From Octopus sinensis (taxonomy: Eukaryota), in the NCBI RefSeq assembly GCF_006345805.1, contig NC_043013.1, positions 41,788,001 through 41,852,000 of the forward strand: 64,000 nucleotides of DNA. Reading direction: 5' to 3'. The translations under genes were made by a program, and so were the position numbers. Under the pieces are notes generated by a model. The model ran no database searches and had not been told where the DNA came from. It saw nothing but the letters and a program-made list of their open reading frames with translations. Below, piece after piece: positions 29,576 through 41,134 of this stretch (the stretch's first letter is position 1; the number at the start of each line of letters is the position of its first letter).

Positions 29576-29982
29576 TATGAGAAGTTGGTTAAGCAATAGT
29601 TAATTTAGATAAGCCTTGGTTTTTTATCGCATTATGGAAAAAAAAATTTTATATACACACGCTGATATATGACCTAAATTGGACCCTTTATTCGCATAAT
29701 CACCGAACCTGGACTTAACTATGGTCTACCTATAGCATTTATTCAGCATTAACTTACACCTTTGGGTCTCACTGACACCATTACCTCTCATAACCCCTGT
29801 CTCTTTCACTCTCTCACTCTCTCTCTCTATGTATATATATATATATGTCTGTAAATGTAATATGTGACAATTATTCGGTAGCCATGATAAAACTCGGAGT
29901 TTTATCATGGCTACCGAATAACATATTACATTTACAGATAAATTCCTGTATTTCTTTCTTTTGTTGTCTTACCATTTTTATC

Positions 29983-30040
<58 letters not shown>

Positions 30041-30120
30041 GTATATATATATATTCGCCATGCTGGACCGCTGAAATCTACAGTTTTATTTTCATTCTCT
30101 CTTTGTTTATTTTCTCTTAT

Positions 30121-30160
30121 TCTTTTCTGCTGAAGGGCGTAGGCTCGAAACATAAAAGAC
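30121..30160 (+). ncRNA. Degenerate minimal hammerhead motif (Penelope pLTR-like)
   Basis: tctttt CTGcTGA a gggc-gtag-gctc GAAA ca TA aaaga; A6>C and probable CpG decay in stem III. Confidence 0.5.
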
Positions 30161-30228
30161 TTTTCCATTTTCTCAAGCGTGTTGTTAATACACCTGCTGT
30201 CTTCGTCTTTTGTTTTTCTATAAATTGC

Positions 30229-30266
<38 letters not shown>

Positions 30267-30657
30267 AATTATCGTCCCTTCATGAGATTTCACATAGTTT
30301 CCCCTCAAACAATTCTTACACGCAGAGCTTCAGGGAAGCCACGGATATAGCAATAGAAGACACGTGACGAAAGGTGATGCACAATAAGATTTTCGAACCC
30401 AAGACCACAGCGCTGCATTGCATACTTCTCAATCGTGCGATCATACTCGCGGCCATATTACTATGTCAACAGCTATAGACGGTGTCCATCGAAGCAATAT
30501 CTAAAGACATGTCTTCTTCACACGGTAACTACAGACTGTGTCCATCTTGTCAACATCTAACGACTGTCTCTATTCAGTTAAGATCTTTCATCAGTCTAAT
30601 GAACATTATTAATAAGGTTGTATATATTGAAATGCCAACGACAACAACAAGAACACG

Positions 30658-30678
30658 AACAATAATAATGATGATGAC

Positions 30679-30716
<38 letters not shown>
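30658..30716 (+). repeat. (GAT)n microsatellite
   Basis: Direct reading. Confidence 0.9.
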
Positions 30717-31034
30717 GAATTATGATGATAACGATAACTAATAACAGCAACGACAACAGCGCATGGTGTGTACGTTTTTACTTATTGCAAACATGTGTGC
30801 GTTTGCGTGTGTGTGTGTGCGCGCGTGTGTGCGTGTGTGCGTGGGTGTGCGCGTGCGTGTTTGTGTGTGTGTATATATGTATGCATGTATGTATAAAGAG
30901 TGCACGAGAGAAAGAGACATAGAGACAGACAGGCAGATAGATAGATAGATAGATAGATAGACAGATAGACAGATAGATAGATAGATTGATATACACACAT
31001 ACAGATATACTAAATACTCTACACTCACACAGGC

Positions 31035-31099
<65 letters not shown>

Positions 31100-31184
31100 G
31101 TGTGTGTGTGTATAAGCGTCTGTGTATGTATATATACATACGCATATACAGCAGGTATATATACAAGCGAATATGGATGCATGT

Positions 31185-31330
<146 letters not shown>

Positions 31331-31656
31331 TTCTCTATTTATCTAACAAATTTGGTATTTAGACTCTCCGGATTATCTTAAATTGGCAACATAAGAACTA
31401 CGCCTTAGACAGCTATGCCAAACATTTGCGGAAAAATAGATCTGCCAAATATCAAAGAATTTTTCTCCCTCCCAGCCTCGGTTCCCACACACCCAGCCAC
31501 ACACTCCTTATGGTCCTTTTTATTGTTGTTGTTGTTTTTTGTCGTTTATCATTAGAAATTTGTTTCTCGCAATTAGCAACATCGATTTTAATATACTTAC
31601 AAGAGGTTTTTTTTTTTTCTTCAACAACGCGCCCACGCATACAACGGAAGCAGGAC

Positions 31657-31762
31657 AAAGAAGAAGAAGAAGAAGAAGAAGAAGAAGAAGAAGAAGAAGA
31701 AGAAGAAGAAGAAGAAGAAGAAGAAGAAGAAGAAGAAGAAGAAGAAGAAGAAGAAGAAGAAG
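31657..31762 (+). repeat. (GAA)n microsatellite
   Basis: About 35 units; source of the poly-E/R/K/S/L ORFs. Confidence 0.95.
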
Positions 31763-32603
31763 GAGCATAATTGAAGGGGGACACTATAAGGACAGAGAAC
31801 AATTTGTGTAGGGATTTATATAAAGGATGAGGAGAAAGAAATGGAAATGCAATAAAAATAAACATGGTTTACAAAGTATGGGATAACGTAAATGATGTAG
31901 TCCTCCTGAATCAGGAGAAACTCTAACTGGATCCAATCAAGGGACCCCACAAATCCACGATTATCCTGACCACCAAAGATACGAGCCCCTCTCTCCTGCT
32001 TTTCAGTCTACAGACCCATACTTAGCATTGGCTTATTCACACTAAACATTTTTGTCAGAGTCACCCATCTTTTCAGAAATTCACAGGGAAGTAGCACTTT
32101 CGTTTCCAAATAGAGCTTTAAAAAAGTCGATGAGAGCTTAACCGAAGAGGAAGGTGTATTTTCCTTAATATGTTCAGCCTCGCCCACCACAACTTTTCTA
32201 CCATAGGCCCGAGGGCTGAAATTTGGAGGGAATGGAGCTAGTCGGTTACATAAACCCCAGTGCTCAAATGGAACTAATTTTAACGACCCCTACAGGGGTG
32301 AAATGTAGTCAACCACAACTGACGAAGAAGGAGAATCTCTAATGTTGGTATAAGGCCAGACATTTCAAAGCGAAGGTAACATTCGATTCAAATCTGTTCA
32401 ATAGCTAACTTGTACTTCTCTTTTTCTTTTAGCCACCCCATGAAAGCGGAAAAGCAAAGTTGGCTTTGGTGAGATTAGAACGCAGAGCATAGATAAGAGA
32501 TGCAAATATATTAGGCAGAGTAATAATGTGTTTGTCTTTCCTGATGATCCCGTCTTTCATCTCTATAGTAATGGCAATAATAGTTTTTTATGATAACGTG
32601 ACA

Positions 32604-33640
32604 GAGGCGCGTGGCTTCGTGGTTAGGATGTTGAACTCATGATCGTAAGGTTGTGGTTTCGATTCCTGGACCGTTCTGAGTTCAAATTCCGACCGAGGTC
32701 AACTTTACCTTTCATCATTTCGGGGTCGATTAAATAAGTACCAGTTACGCACTGGGGTCGATATAGCGGCAGACGAAATACCTATTTCTTTACTACCCAC
32801 AAGGGGCTAAACACAGAGAGGACAAACAAGGACAGACAAACGGATTAAATCGATTATATCGACACCAGTGCATAACTGGTACTTATCTAATCGACCCCGA
32901 AAGGATGAAAAGCAAAGTCGACCTCGGCGGAATTTGAACTCAGAACGTAGCGGCAGACGAAATACGGCTATGCATTTCGCCTGGCGTGCTAACGATTCTG
33001 CCAGCCACTGCCTTTAAAATATTCTTTTCTTCTCTAGGCACAAGGCCCGAAATTCTGGGGGAGGGAGCTAGTCGATTAAATCAACCCAGCACGCAACTGA
33101 TACTTAATTTATCGACCCCGAAAGGATGAAAGGCAAAGTCGACCTCGGTGGAATTTGAACTCAGAACGTAAAGGCACGAAATACCGCTAAGCATTTCGCC
33201 CGGGGTGCTAACGTTTCTTATTTCTTATTTCTTTATTGCCCACAAGGGGCTAAACATAGAGGCGACAAACAAGGACAGACAAACGGATTAAGTCGATTAC
33301 ATCGAATCCAGTGCGTAACTGGTACTTAATTTATCGACCCCGAAAGGATGACAGACAAAGTCGACCTCAGCGGAATTTGAACTCAGAACGTAAAGACAGA
33401 CGAAATACCTATTTCTTTACTACTCATAAGGGGCTAAACACGGAGGGGACAAACAAGGACAGACAAACGGATTAAGTCGATTATATCGATCCAAGTGCGT
33501 AGCTGGTACTTATTTAATCAACCCCGAAAGGATGAAAGGCAAAGTCGACCTTGGCGGAATTTGAACTCTGAACGTAACAGCAGACGAAATACTGCTGAGC
33601 ATTTCGCCCGGGGTGCTAACGTTTCTGCCAGCTTGCTGCT
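32604..33640. mobile_element. SINE C head plus long tandem SINE B array (mostly minus)
   Basis: Five or six core units joined at recurrent junctions. Confidence 0.85.
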
Positions 33641-33869
33641 TTTACTCAGAATTTTATTGGTCCTTTCTTTATCAACCCAGAGGCATCAAAGACGAAATCG
33701 TACGGGGTAGGATTTGAAAAGTAAAAGGACATAATAATAATGATCGTTTCCAAGAAACACAAAAGACAATATCGGTCTCGGCGAAATTTTAAATCAGTGC
33801 GTAAAGAACCAGAAGAAATACCACTTAGCATTTTTTTTCCGACCCGTCAGCTTAACGCCTTAATAAGGA

Positions 33870-34187
33870 GAACTCTGTCGGTTACGACGACGAGGGTCCC
33901 AACTGATACGATTAGCGGAACGGCTTGCTCGTGAAATTAACGTGCAAGTGACTGAGCAATCCACAGACACGTGTACCCCTAACGTTGTTCTCAGGGAGAT
34001 TCAGCGTGACACAGAGTGTGACAAGGCTGGCCCCTTTGAAATACAGGTACTACTCAGTTTTGCTGAGTGGACTGGAGCAACGTGAAATAAAGTGTCTTGC
34101 TTAAGGACACAACGCGTCGCCGGGAATTGAACTCACGACCTTACAATTGTGAGCCGAATGCCCTAACCACTAAGCAACGCGCCTTCA
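33870..34187 (-). mobile_element. SINE family C (tRNA head, gtgtccttaagcaagacactt core)
   Basis: A box gcttagtggttagg, B box gagttcaattcc, V/CORE-like block. Confidence 0.75.
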
Positions 34188-34229
34188 CTCAACGCCTTAA
34201 TAAACCACTGTTATAGCGCAACTACACTC

Positions 34230-34850
34230 GCTGGCACAGATAGAAACAGTATTGGCATACCCATTCACATAACAGTCACTTTTCGATTTCTACAATAGTT
34301 GTATTGAGATCAATATGAAAGGATCTCCATGTTAACACGATATTCTTTTAAATGCACTGAATGAGCAATGGTGATAGATGGTTTTAAATTTCCATTATGC
34401 AATAAAACAGCTTTTAGACTTCGTGGGGATATTAATGTATAAAATATTCGCCATTCACTTACATCGTGCTTTTCAGATAAACTTACAAAAAGTCCATTAG
34501 TGTCATAATAATGACAATGGAGGTTACCCCGTCTTGGGAGAGAACAGATATCGTGTTTCGTCATACGATACAGATTATGTGCAGAACCTAAGTTAGGTTA
34601 AATAATATTGTACCTGTTTTTTTTTTTGGGGGGGGGTAAGGAAATGATTTAATATTAAGCTTATGAAAAAGATATTAAATGAAGCGATCCTTTTGCTCCT
34701 TCCGAATGAATGTCACTTCAAACGACATTAGGGAGTTTCTTTCTATGCGAACACGCTGTACAAATTTACTGGGGCTATATACATGGTTTGTCTTGGTAAC
34801 CTTGATTCACTTAAAATATAGCCTGGATATATTTTTCAGATTTATTGTAA
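34230..34850 (-). mobile_element. Chapaev-like (CMC) transposase relic
   Basis: QDKP...RKEQKDRF N-terminal zinc region and EWRIFYTLISPRSLKAVLLHNGNLKPSITIAHSVHLKEY, matching the WRLFIDSSKRSLKAVLLHNGN motif; the Chapaev assignment is from memory. Confidence 0.65.
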
Positions 34851-34865
34851 TATATGATTATTAAG

Positions 34866-35175
34866 GTAGTAAGCTGGCAGAATCGTTAGCACGCCAGATA
34901 AAGGCGGCGAGCTGGCAGAAACGTTAGCACGCCGGGCGAAATGCGTGGCCGTATTTCGTCTGCCGCTACGTTCTGAGTTCAAATTCCGCCGAGGTCGACT
35001 TTGCCTTTCATCCCTTCGGGATCGATTAATTAAGTACCAGTTACGCACTGGGGTCGATGTAATCGACTTAATCCGTTTGTCTGTCCTTGTTTGTCATCTC
35101 TGTGCTTAGCCCCTTATGGGTAGTAAAGAAATAGGTATTTCGTCTGCAGCTACGTTCTGACTTCAAATTCCGCCT
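34866..35175 (+). mobile_element. SINE family B (duplicated head, 1.2 units)
   Basis: Sequence match. Confidence 0.85.
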
Positions 35176-35579
35176 CTTTAAACTTTGCCGATATCTTTTG
35201 TCCATAACAAATCTGAGACAATAGCCGTCGCAATTAGCCACTGGTTGAATGAAGATCCGTTACGAACAACAGAAGCTGTATTAGATTAAAATAGTCATCT
35301 ATGCATCATACTTAATGCAAGCACATCATGAAAAGACAAATTAATTGCAGTATTCGTTCGGAGACAATTGTTCATATGGACGTGTTGTGTTTAAGGACAC
35401 AAATATATCAGTGACAGAAGAAAGTCGACCATATATATATATATATATATATACGTGTGTGTAAGTATGTATGTGTGTATATATATGTGAGTGTGTGTGT
35501 GTGTGATTATGTGGTATGGTTTTAACAAGTAGAATAACACTGGATACCCTGAGAGTAACATTACACGCACACTCACATG

Positions 35580-35614
35580 CATATATATATATATTATATA
35601 TATACATATATATA

Positions 35615-35649
<35 letters not shown>

Positions 35650-35722
35650 ATATATATATATATGTATACATATTTATATATAAACATATATATAGGATAT
35701 ATATATATAAGTATATATATAT

Positions 35723-35758
<36 letters not shown>

Positions 35759-35822
35759 AACATATATAAGTATATATAAACAATATATATGTTATATATT
35801 ATATATATGAACATACATATAA

Positions 35823-35857
<35 letters not shown>

Positions 35858-36360
35858 CATATATATAAGTATATATATATATATATATATATATGAACAA
35901 TATATAAGTATATATATATATTTATTTTTTTATTCTATCGCAATTTGATTTGTTTTATATAAGTATATATATATATAATATATATATATATGACATATAT
36001 ATAAGTATATATATATATATATATATATATATGAACATATATAAGTATATATATATATATATATATTATATGAACATATATATAAGTATATATATATATA
36101 TTATATATATGAACATATATATAAGTATTATATAATATATATTATATATATAAACATTATATAAGTATATATATATCTATATATATATATATATATATAT
36201 GAACATATATATAGTATATATATAATATCTATATATATATATATAATATATATATATGTTATATATGTATATACATATATTCTATATATCTGTATTAACT
36301 ATACTATCTGTGTGTTATATATCTATATATATATATATCTATCTATATATATAACATCAT
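35580..36360 (+). repeat. (TA)n-derived higher-order repeat
   Basis: GAACATATATATAAGTAT motif recurs about ten times within (TA)n. Confidence 0.8.
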
Positions 36361-36902
36361 ATATATGCCATATATACATACATATTTATGTGTAGAAATT
36401 TGTTCATATGTCTGTGTGCGTGGGTATTTTAAATTATATTTGTATACACACACACACACACACATACGCTAAGTAGACGAATACTTAATCAGAGAAAGAG
36501 ACAGACAGACAAACAGACAGACAGACAAACAGACTGATAAACAGACAAACAGACCGACAGACAGACAGACAAACCGAAATTGGCAGCAGTTTTACTTGAT
36601 AGGATGTAGTAAAATAAAACCTGGTTGTACGAATACTTTTAACAATCACCTGTGAAGCGTTTCTAGCTGGCGATTTTATATTTTAAGGAGATAATTAAAG
36701 AAAACATTCATTGCAGCAACCCCAAAGACAAATTAGATTTAATTATATAGAATTAAAATCGAAATTCCAACCTACGTTACCTCCTTTCCACATAACAGTA
36801 GCAAAAGATAACAGAAAAGTCAGCGTCTCGAAAACCAAAAGAACGTCTCAACAAGGCAGCAATCGATGTGGTTGTTATTTTTGACCCGCTAGAAATTATA
36901 GT

Positions 36903-36905
<3 letters not shown>

Positions 36906-36966
<61 letters not shown>

Positions 36967-36992
36967 CCTCTCTCATCTCTCTCTCCTCTCTC

Positions 36993-37065
<73 letters not shown>

Positions 37066-37100
37066 CCCTCTCTCTCTCTCTCTCTCTTTCTCTCTCTTTC
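36906..37100 (+). repeat. (CT)n microsatellite
   Basis: Direct reading. Confidence 0.95.
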
Positions 37101-37908
37101 TTTGTCTCTTTTAATTCTTTCAAAGCAAATTTTTTTTTTAAATAGCAGAAAAGAAAAGGGATATATATTTAATAATGGTTTTAAATTTTGGCAGACCATC
37201 AGTTCTAAGGAAGGGGCTAAGCCGATTACATCGACCCCAGCGTTCAATTGGTACTTATTTTATTGACCCCGGAAAGGATGAAAAGCGAAGCTGACTTCGG
37301 CAGCAGTTGAACTCGGGCCGTGTAGCCTGAAGAAGAGACACATTAGGTAATGAGGTTCTATAACATATTATGTTTCAAATGAAGAACAAAAGGAAACGCT
37401 ACGACCTGGTTGCGAATGAATGGATCGATCGATCGATCGATCGACTGATAGATGGATTAGTGGGTGGGTGGATGGATGGTTGGTTGACTGGATGGATGGA
37501 TGGAGAGAGGGGCAGAGCTTTTGGTTATGTATGTCAGCTCTAACTTTCTAAGCGCAGAGAGAATATTGAAGGAGGAGGAAGGAAGGAAGGAAGGGGAGGA
37601 GGAGAGGAGGAGTGGGGGGAGGGGGAGGAGGGGAAGAGAAGAGGAGAGAAGGCGGAGGAGAAAAAGGAAAAGAAGAAAGAGAAGGAAAAAGAGGGAGAGG
37701 GAAAGAGGGCGAAGAGGAGAAGGTGGAAGCAGCAGAAAAAGGAGAAAGAAGACAACGACGACAAGGACGAGGAAGAGGAGGAGGAAGTAGAAGAAGAAGA
37801 AGAAGAAGAAGAAGAAGAAATTAGAAAGACAAAGGAATAAGTAATTATATCAGGAACTTCATTAGCTTATAGTCGAATGCATGTGTATCACCTTTAGCTC
37901 CATCGGGG

Positions 37909-37951
<43 letters not shown>

Positions 37952-38121
37952 ATAATATATATATCGTGAAGTATATTTTCCACTTAAATGTGGCTAACCA
38001 TTAAGGGTTGATGTTACTGTAGGTTGTAGCCCCCAGGAAGACTGATTATTGACACACTTTCTGTGCCCTATCAGTATTTGCAAAGGGAAGTCATCGTTCC
38101 CGTCCCCAGCCTGACGTGATA

Positions 38122-38166
38122 CACACGGACCCGAGTTTCTGAGAACTGACCCGTCATCAGCGTGTG
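38122..38166 (-). ncRNA. Minimal type I hammerhead ribozyme motif, intact core
   Basis: cacacg CTGATGA cggg-tcagtt-ctca GAAA ctcggg TC cgtgtg: 6-bp stem I, intact cores, near-palindromic stem III actcgggt, GUC triplet; first stem II pair mismatched. Confidence 0.75.
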
Positions 38167-38203
38167 GCAGCCACCGGTTGGCGATGGGAAGTGATTCTCA
38201 ATG

Positions 38204-38255
<52 letters not shown>

Positions 38256-38288
38256 TATATATATATATATACATACATACATATATAT

Positions 38289-38328
<40 letters not shown>

Positions 38329-38332
38329 GTTT

Positions 38333-38373
38333 TTTCCAGTGACGAAAGATCACTGATCTCGAAAAAGTGGAAA
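38333..38373 (+). ncRNA. Degenerate hammerhead motif
   Basis: tttcca gTGACGA aagatc-act-gatctc GAAA aag tggaaa; C3>G and stem III lost. Confidence 0.4.
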
Positions 38374-38452
38374 CAAGCAATAATAAATCTCTGAGTGAGG
38401 TATAAACAGTAGCTGCATGACATCGTGAAGTATATTTGCCACCTAAATGTGG

Positions 38453-38499
<47 letters not shown>

Positions 38500-38797
38500 T
38501 CACACACACACACACATACACACACACTAAAATGCAATAGGCGTGTAAGTAGCTTGCTTACCAAGTAGCCTGCATTCTTCCCATGAGTTTTAGTTGCCAG
38601 TGTACGCATGTGTCATTGTGTTGCGCACTGAAGTAGATAGCTGTCGGTGTTTAGCCAGCGAAAACGTGCTGCTTCAAGGTAAGACTTTTGTCTCTTGAGT
38701 CCAGTGGGGATTGTTGTCTGTGGTTATAATTTTTACAAACAAGGAGTCCTCACTGGATTCAGCATGTTGGTCTGCTTGCGGTTCAGCAATATTGCTC

Positions 38798-40050
38798 ACA
38801 TTAAGTGAAATTTTTTCCTCCTTGTGAGAAGTACAATTTGGGGGCATATCCTTCAACCAAAAGTTGTTTACGTTTTAATAGTGTATGTTTTTACAACATT
38901 TACTGTTTATTGGAAAGCTGTATTTCAAGTCTTCACATGAAGTGAAAATTTTTTCTCATTATGAGAAGTATAGTTTGGTGACGTATCCTGCCACCAAAAG
39001 TTCGCTGTTTGTAAATAGTGTGTATTTTTACAACTACGTTTACCATTAGCTGGAATGATGTATTTCAAGTGGAGCAGTCCAGGTTCTAATCAAAGTACTA
39101 TAGGGCTTGGAGTACCTGAATGCCCAGAAGATTCTTTTGCTGTGTTTTGTTGAACTGTTGTTTTCTTCTTCTATTCTTTAATCGTGACTCTTTATTGAAT
39201 TGTTTTCTTCATCTATTGTGACTTTCTTACTGAACTGTTTGATTTTTCTCTTCTTCCCTTTTGTTTCCTTTTTATTTCTCTCTTTCTTTTTGAAATTTGT
39301 GAACTAGTGTTTTGGACTTTTTTATTTTTTAATTTAAAACATGGCAAAAAATACGGATAAGATTGTAGAGTGGGAGATTGTCCCACCTAAGGAGTGGCTC
39401 AGACAGATTCTCGACACCATTTCCGTCTTCTCCAAGCAGATGATTGAGCATCTGCCGACCATTAAGTAAATCTCCAGGGGTGTCAAATGTGCAACGGTGT
39501 GGTTGCTGTTTGACACCCCAGACGAGGCTCGCAGTTTTGCGAGCCAGCCTCTTGAGGGTAAATAAATTTTTGTTTCTTCCCACTTATTGTGGGAAAAAAT
39601 TGACGTGGGCTTGGGTCTGTGGTTTGCCACCCGGAATTGAACCCCAGTGGATAGAGGATACTATCCGTCGGGGTCTAGGTGGCAGCGGACCCAGGTTCCT
39701 CAATGTGAAAATTCTTTCTGCGGCTGATTGGGTTGGGTCAAAAGCTGTTTTGAGCCTGTGGACCCAACTAGCCATGACTCTGGTTACGTCAGACTTTTTG
39801 AAAATGGCCGGGGGAAGGTACCCGGTGATTTTTGTGGGGCGCACCCCCCCCCCCCACGGTGTCATCGGTGCCTGGAGCCTGGTCATATAGAAAAAAACTG
39901 TCCTCGGGAACAAAGCAAAGTCCTGGAGCAGTTGATTGAAGAAGGTTCGAAGGCGGCCGAGGAGACGAAGGACTCCTCAAAGAAGGGCCGCAAGAGGAAG
40001 AAGGTGAGCAACAGTGGGTGCTCACCGAAGGATCCTAGGGATGAGGGAGG
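38798..40050 (+). mobile_element. Tx1/L1-like 5' end: 5' UTR with an approximately 137-bp tandem duplication and a degenerate ORF1
   Basis: ATG at 39341; RRM-like VWLLFDTPDEARSFA and VCGLPPGIEPQWIED; gag knuckle CHRCLEPGHIEKNCP (CX2CX4HX4C); several stops and frameshifts. Confidence 0.75.
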
Positions 40051-40356
40051 GGAAGCGAAGAAGAAAGAGAGATATGACAGGTTAGCTTGGGAAGTTAAGC
40101 AGTAGTGGTCGATGAAAAAGGTAGCAGTAGTACTAATAATTGTCAGAGCCCTGGGAACAGTGAGCAAAAATCTCGAGAAGTACGTGGAACAAATAGGGGC
40201 TGCAATAAGGGTGGAACACTTGCAGAAAACAGCACTACTTGGAACCGCTCGAATACTCCGGAAGGTGCTCGAAAAATAAGAGGTGTTACCTTAGTTCACT
40301 GGTCGTGAACAGCTGACACTGTAGTACATCTCCAGCGTTAGAAGCTGTGGAAAGGC

Positions 40357-40389
<33 letters not shown>

Positions 40390-40390
40390 T
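40050..40390 (+). mobile_element. RLE (Dong/R4-like) 3' end with (AAT)n tail
   Basis: KKKERYDRLAWEVKQ*WSMKKVAVVLIIVRALGTVSKNLEKY...ALLGTARILRKVLEK*, 3' UTR, then (AAT)n from about 40357. Confidence 0.85.
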
Positions 40391-40399
40391 CTTTCTACA

Positions 40400-40810
40400 G
40401 GGGAAAGTGATCAAGTCTATTTCGTCGACCCCAGTGCATAACTGGTACTTATTTAATCGACCCCGAAAGGATGAGAGCAAAGTCGACTTCGGTGGAATTT
40501 GAACTCAGAACATAAAGCAGATGAAATACCGTAAACATTTCTCCCAGCGTACTAACGATTCTGCCAGCTCGCCGCCTTAATAATAATAATAATCGTTTCT
40601 ACAATACGCACAAGGCCTGAAATTTTGGGGGAGGGGACCAGTCGATTGCATCAACACCATTATGCAACTGGTACTTAATTTTTCAACCCCGAAAGGATGA
40701 AAAGCAAAATCGACCTCGACCGCATTTGAACTCAGAACATGAAGACAGACAAAATGCCGCTAAGCATTTTTCCCGGCTTGCTAACGATTCTGCTAGCTCG
40801 CTGCCTTAAT
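40400..40810 (-). mobile_element. Two SINE B copies
   Basis: Sequence match. Confidence 0.8.
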
Positions 40811-40835
40811 AATAATAATAATTATTATAATAATC

Positions 40836-40890
<55 letters not shown>

Positions 40891-41134
40891 TAACAACAAC
40901 AATCTCTGTCTTTTTTCTCCACTTTTTTTTCTATTACATGACTTTGTAAATGAACAATCTGGTGTCTTTATTTTAATGACCAACCAATGTATACAGTGGA
41001 GTTTTTTTATTCTAGGTGTCGGGAAGCCACTCATCAAGAAATGATTGATTGATTGATTGATTGATTCTAGTTTCAGCTTATGAGCTGTGGCCATGCTGGG
41101 GCACCGCCATTTGGTGTTGCTACTTGGTTTCACT

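Noticed and set aside
31426-37824. Poly-E, poly-R and R/E/G-rich ORFs
   Set aside because: (GAA)n, (CT)n and purine-rich low-complexity DNA.
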